DNA of 64,000 nt, from positions 74,710,001-74,774,000 of the forward strand of contig CM060731.1 of the NCBI GenBank assembly GCA_030704615.1, given 5' to 3'. The DNA is from Takakia lepidozioides (lineage: Eukaryota > Plantae > Bryophyta). The notes under the pieces were generated by a model. It did not search any database, was not told where the DNA came from, and saw only the letters and a program-made list of their open reading frames with translations. Shown piece after piece: positions 62,522-64,000 of the stretch (position 1 is the stretch's first letter; each line of letters opens with the position of its first letter). The position numbers and the translations under genes are program-made.

Positions 62522-64000
62522 TATCGAACACGCGCGGGTGTGGTACAGTGGAAAAATGCACAGAGCATGTGGACACGGAGACCCCAATCCTACGAGCACC
62601 AGCAAGCATGCATGGAATCTATGCAACGGACTAACGAACTGTACTATCAACGGTCCAAAATTTATGAAAATCTATTATCCGTTTGTGTTTAAAACTATTT
62701 TCCATCCGTCTCCATCCATTCACGATTGTGGTGGCAACGGTCGGCGCGGATTTCAAGTACATGCGGCACCACTTTCCCGCCACCATAGAAATGTTTTCCA
62801 TCGCATTACCTTTGCGGAAGGAGAATAAAGTTTATGAATAGAAACAGAATGTGAGGAATTACACGCAGAATAAAGGCGTCTTCATTATCATATACCCTCA
62901 CATCCTCGCGACGGGTTCTAATGAAACTGTGGTCGGCACCGACTTCTTCCAATTCGAACTAGAAATCGTACGATGGCACCGGATTGGAATACCAAAAGAA
63001 ATGCACTACTTCAAGTCATTAACGACTTCAAGGAAACCCTAGGATATTCATTGCAAATGTTGGACAGCAAGGCAGTTTCTCGGGTATGAGGTCGTCGTGC
63101 TTGGAGCCCACATCTGCCTCCTCTTTTGAAAGTCGGCAACGACTACACTGAGGTAAGAAATAAACCCACACTGTTGGTGGCTTTATGGGGCCGCATTGGG
63201 TGATTATCGACACCGACTTCACTGAAGCCACGTCTCCATATGTGCATCCGCCAACGGAAGTCGGCACTGACTATCCCGTGCAATCATGAGAGCCATTGGA
63301 TAATTGGGATGTACTCGTTGCGGAGGAATTGTATTTTCTTACAATATGCCATGATTGTCGTCGTATCCATGGACCCATTTACCTTTAGTCGGCACCAACC
63401 TCCATTGAAAACCCCTCCATCAGTTCAGTTGCCTATTGTATGACCAATTCCGTTGTTTCCTTGACCTCATATGCTTGTAATCAGCACCGACCATCACTCA
63501 TGGCCGTTGGTCCATTGGGATGAGCCCATAATACGCCAAATCCCACTGTTGGAAGGTGGTCTTATGCTATTACTCGGCATATAGCTTCACTGTTGGGCGT
63601 AAGAATTGTGGGATTTGCCTACAATATGCCCATTTACCATGTTTCAATGAGACGATGTGCACATGTAGTCGGCACCGACCTTCACTGTTAGCCCTTCGAA
63701 AGAGATCAATTTCCATATAATTTGATGAAGACCGCACATTCCACGATCTCATATACTTTCAGTCGGCACCAACCTTTACCATTGCCCTATGAAAGAGTGC
63801 AAAATCCATTGAATATGTTAAATTCCACATATTCCTTGACCTCATTCGCCCAATTGCGGAAGTTTGCATTACCTTATGTGCTCCATTCGGTACCGTCCTT
63901 CAATTTCAACACTTGGAGAGAGTAGTACGTGTTCACCCCTTTCGAAAATCCATACGGAATCAGTCAATTACATTGACATGTAGTCGGTGACGACTACATG

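Larger units (their letters stand above)
55542..64000. mobile_element. Second GCM-MULE element (F), running off the window end
   Basis: The terminus GGGGGTTGAAAATGCATGAGC (55542) resembles the D terminus GGGGGTTGCTATTTCATGAGC. It carries a transposase paralog and dispersed GTCGGCACCGAC motifs up to 63994. Confidence 0.75.

Overview
Eukaryotic land-plant genomic DNA with GT-AG introns; the gene and TE types suggest a seed-free plant such as a bryophyte or lycophyte (inference). It holds two host genes: a 4-exon allene oxide cyclase (minus, 28013-29737) and a ~17.7-kb POK-type kinesin-12 (plus, 35041-52742). The flanks are dense nests of transposons: three Ty3/Gypsy elements, Copia, CACTA and LINE remnants, and at least four Mutator-like (MULE) elements. 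The main result is a ~12-13 kb MULE (4016-16933). It can be rebuilt once the segment 14451-16933 is recognised as inverted, which its flipped terminal repeat and flipped 8-9 bp target-site duplication show. The rebuilt element carries a GCM-like/MULE-DDE/SWIM transposase and a divergently transcribed, intron-containing gene that appears to join a ParB/Srx-like domain to a prokaryote-type beta-class N4C/N6A DNA methyltransferase domain. Its non-coding parts carry arrays of the palindrome GGAAATTCGGCGCCGAATTTCC. A second, related MULE (55542 to the window end) carries a related palindrome, GTCGG(CA/TG)CCGAC, in the equivalent non-coding positions. Domain calls rest on motif recognition by eye; no searches were run.
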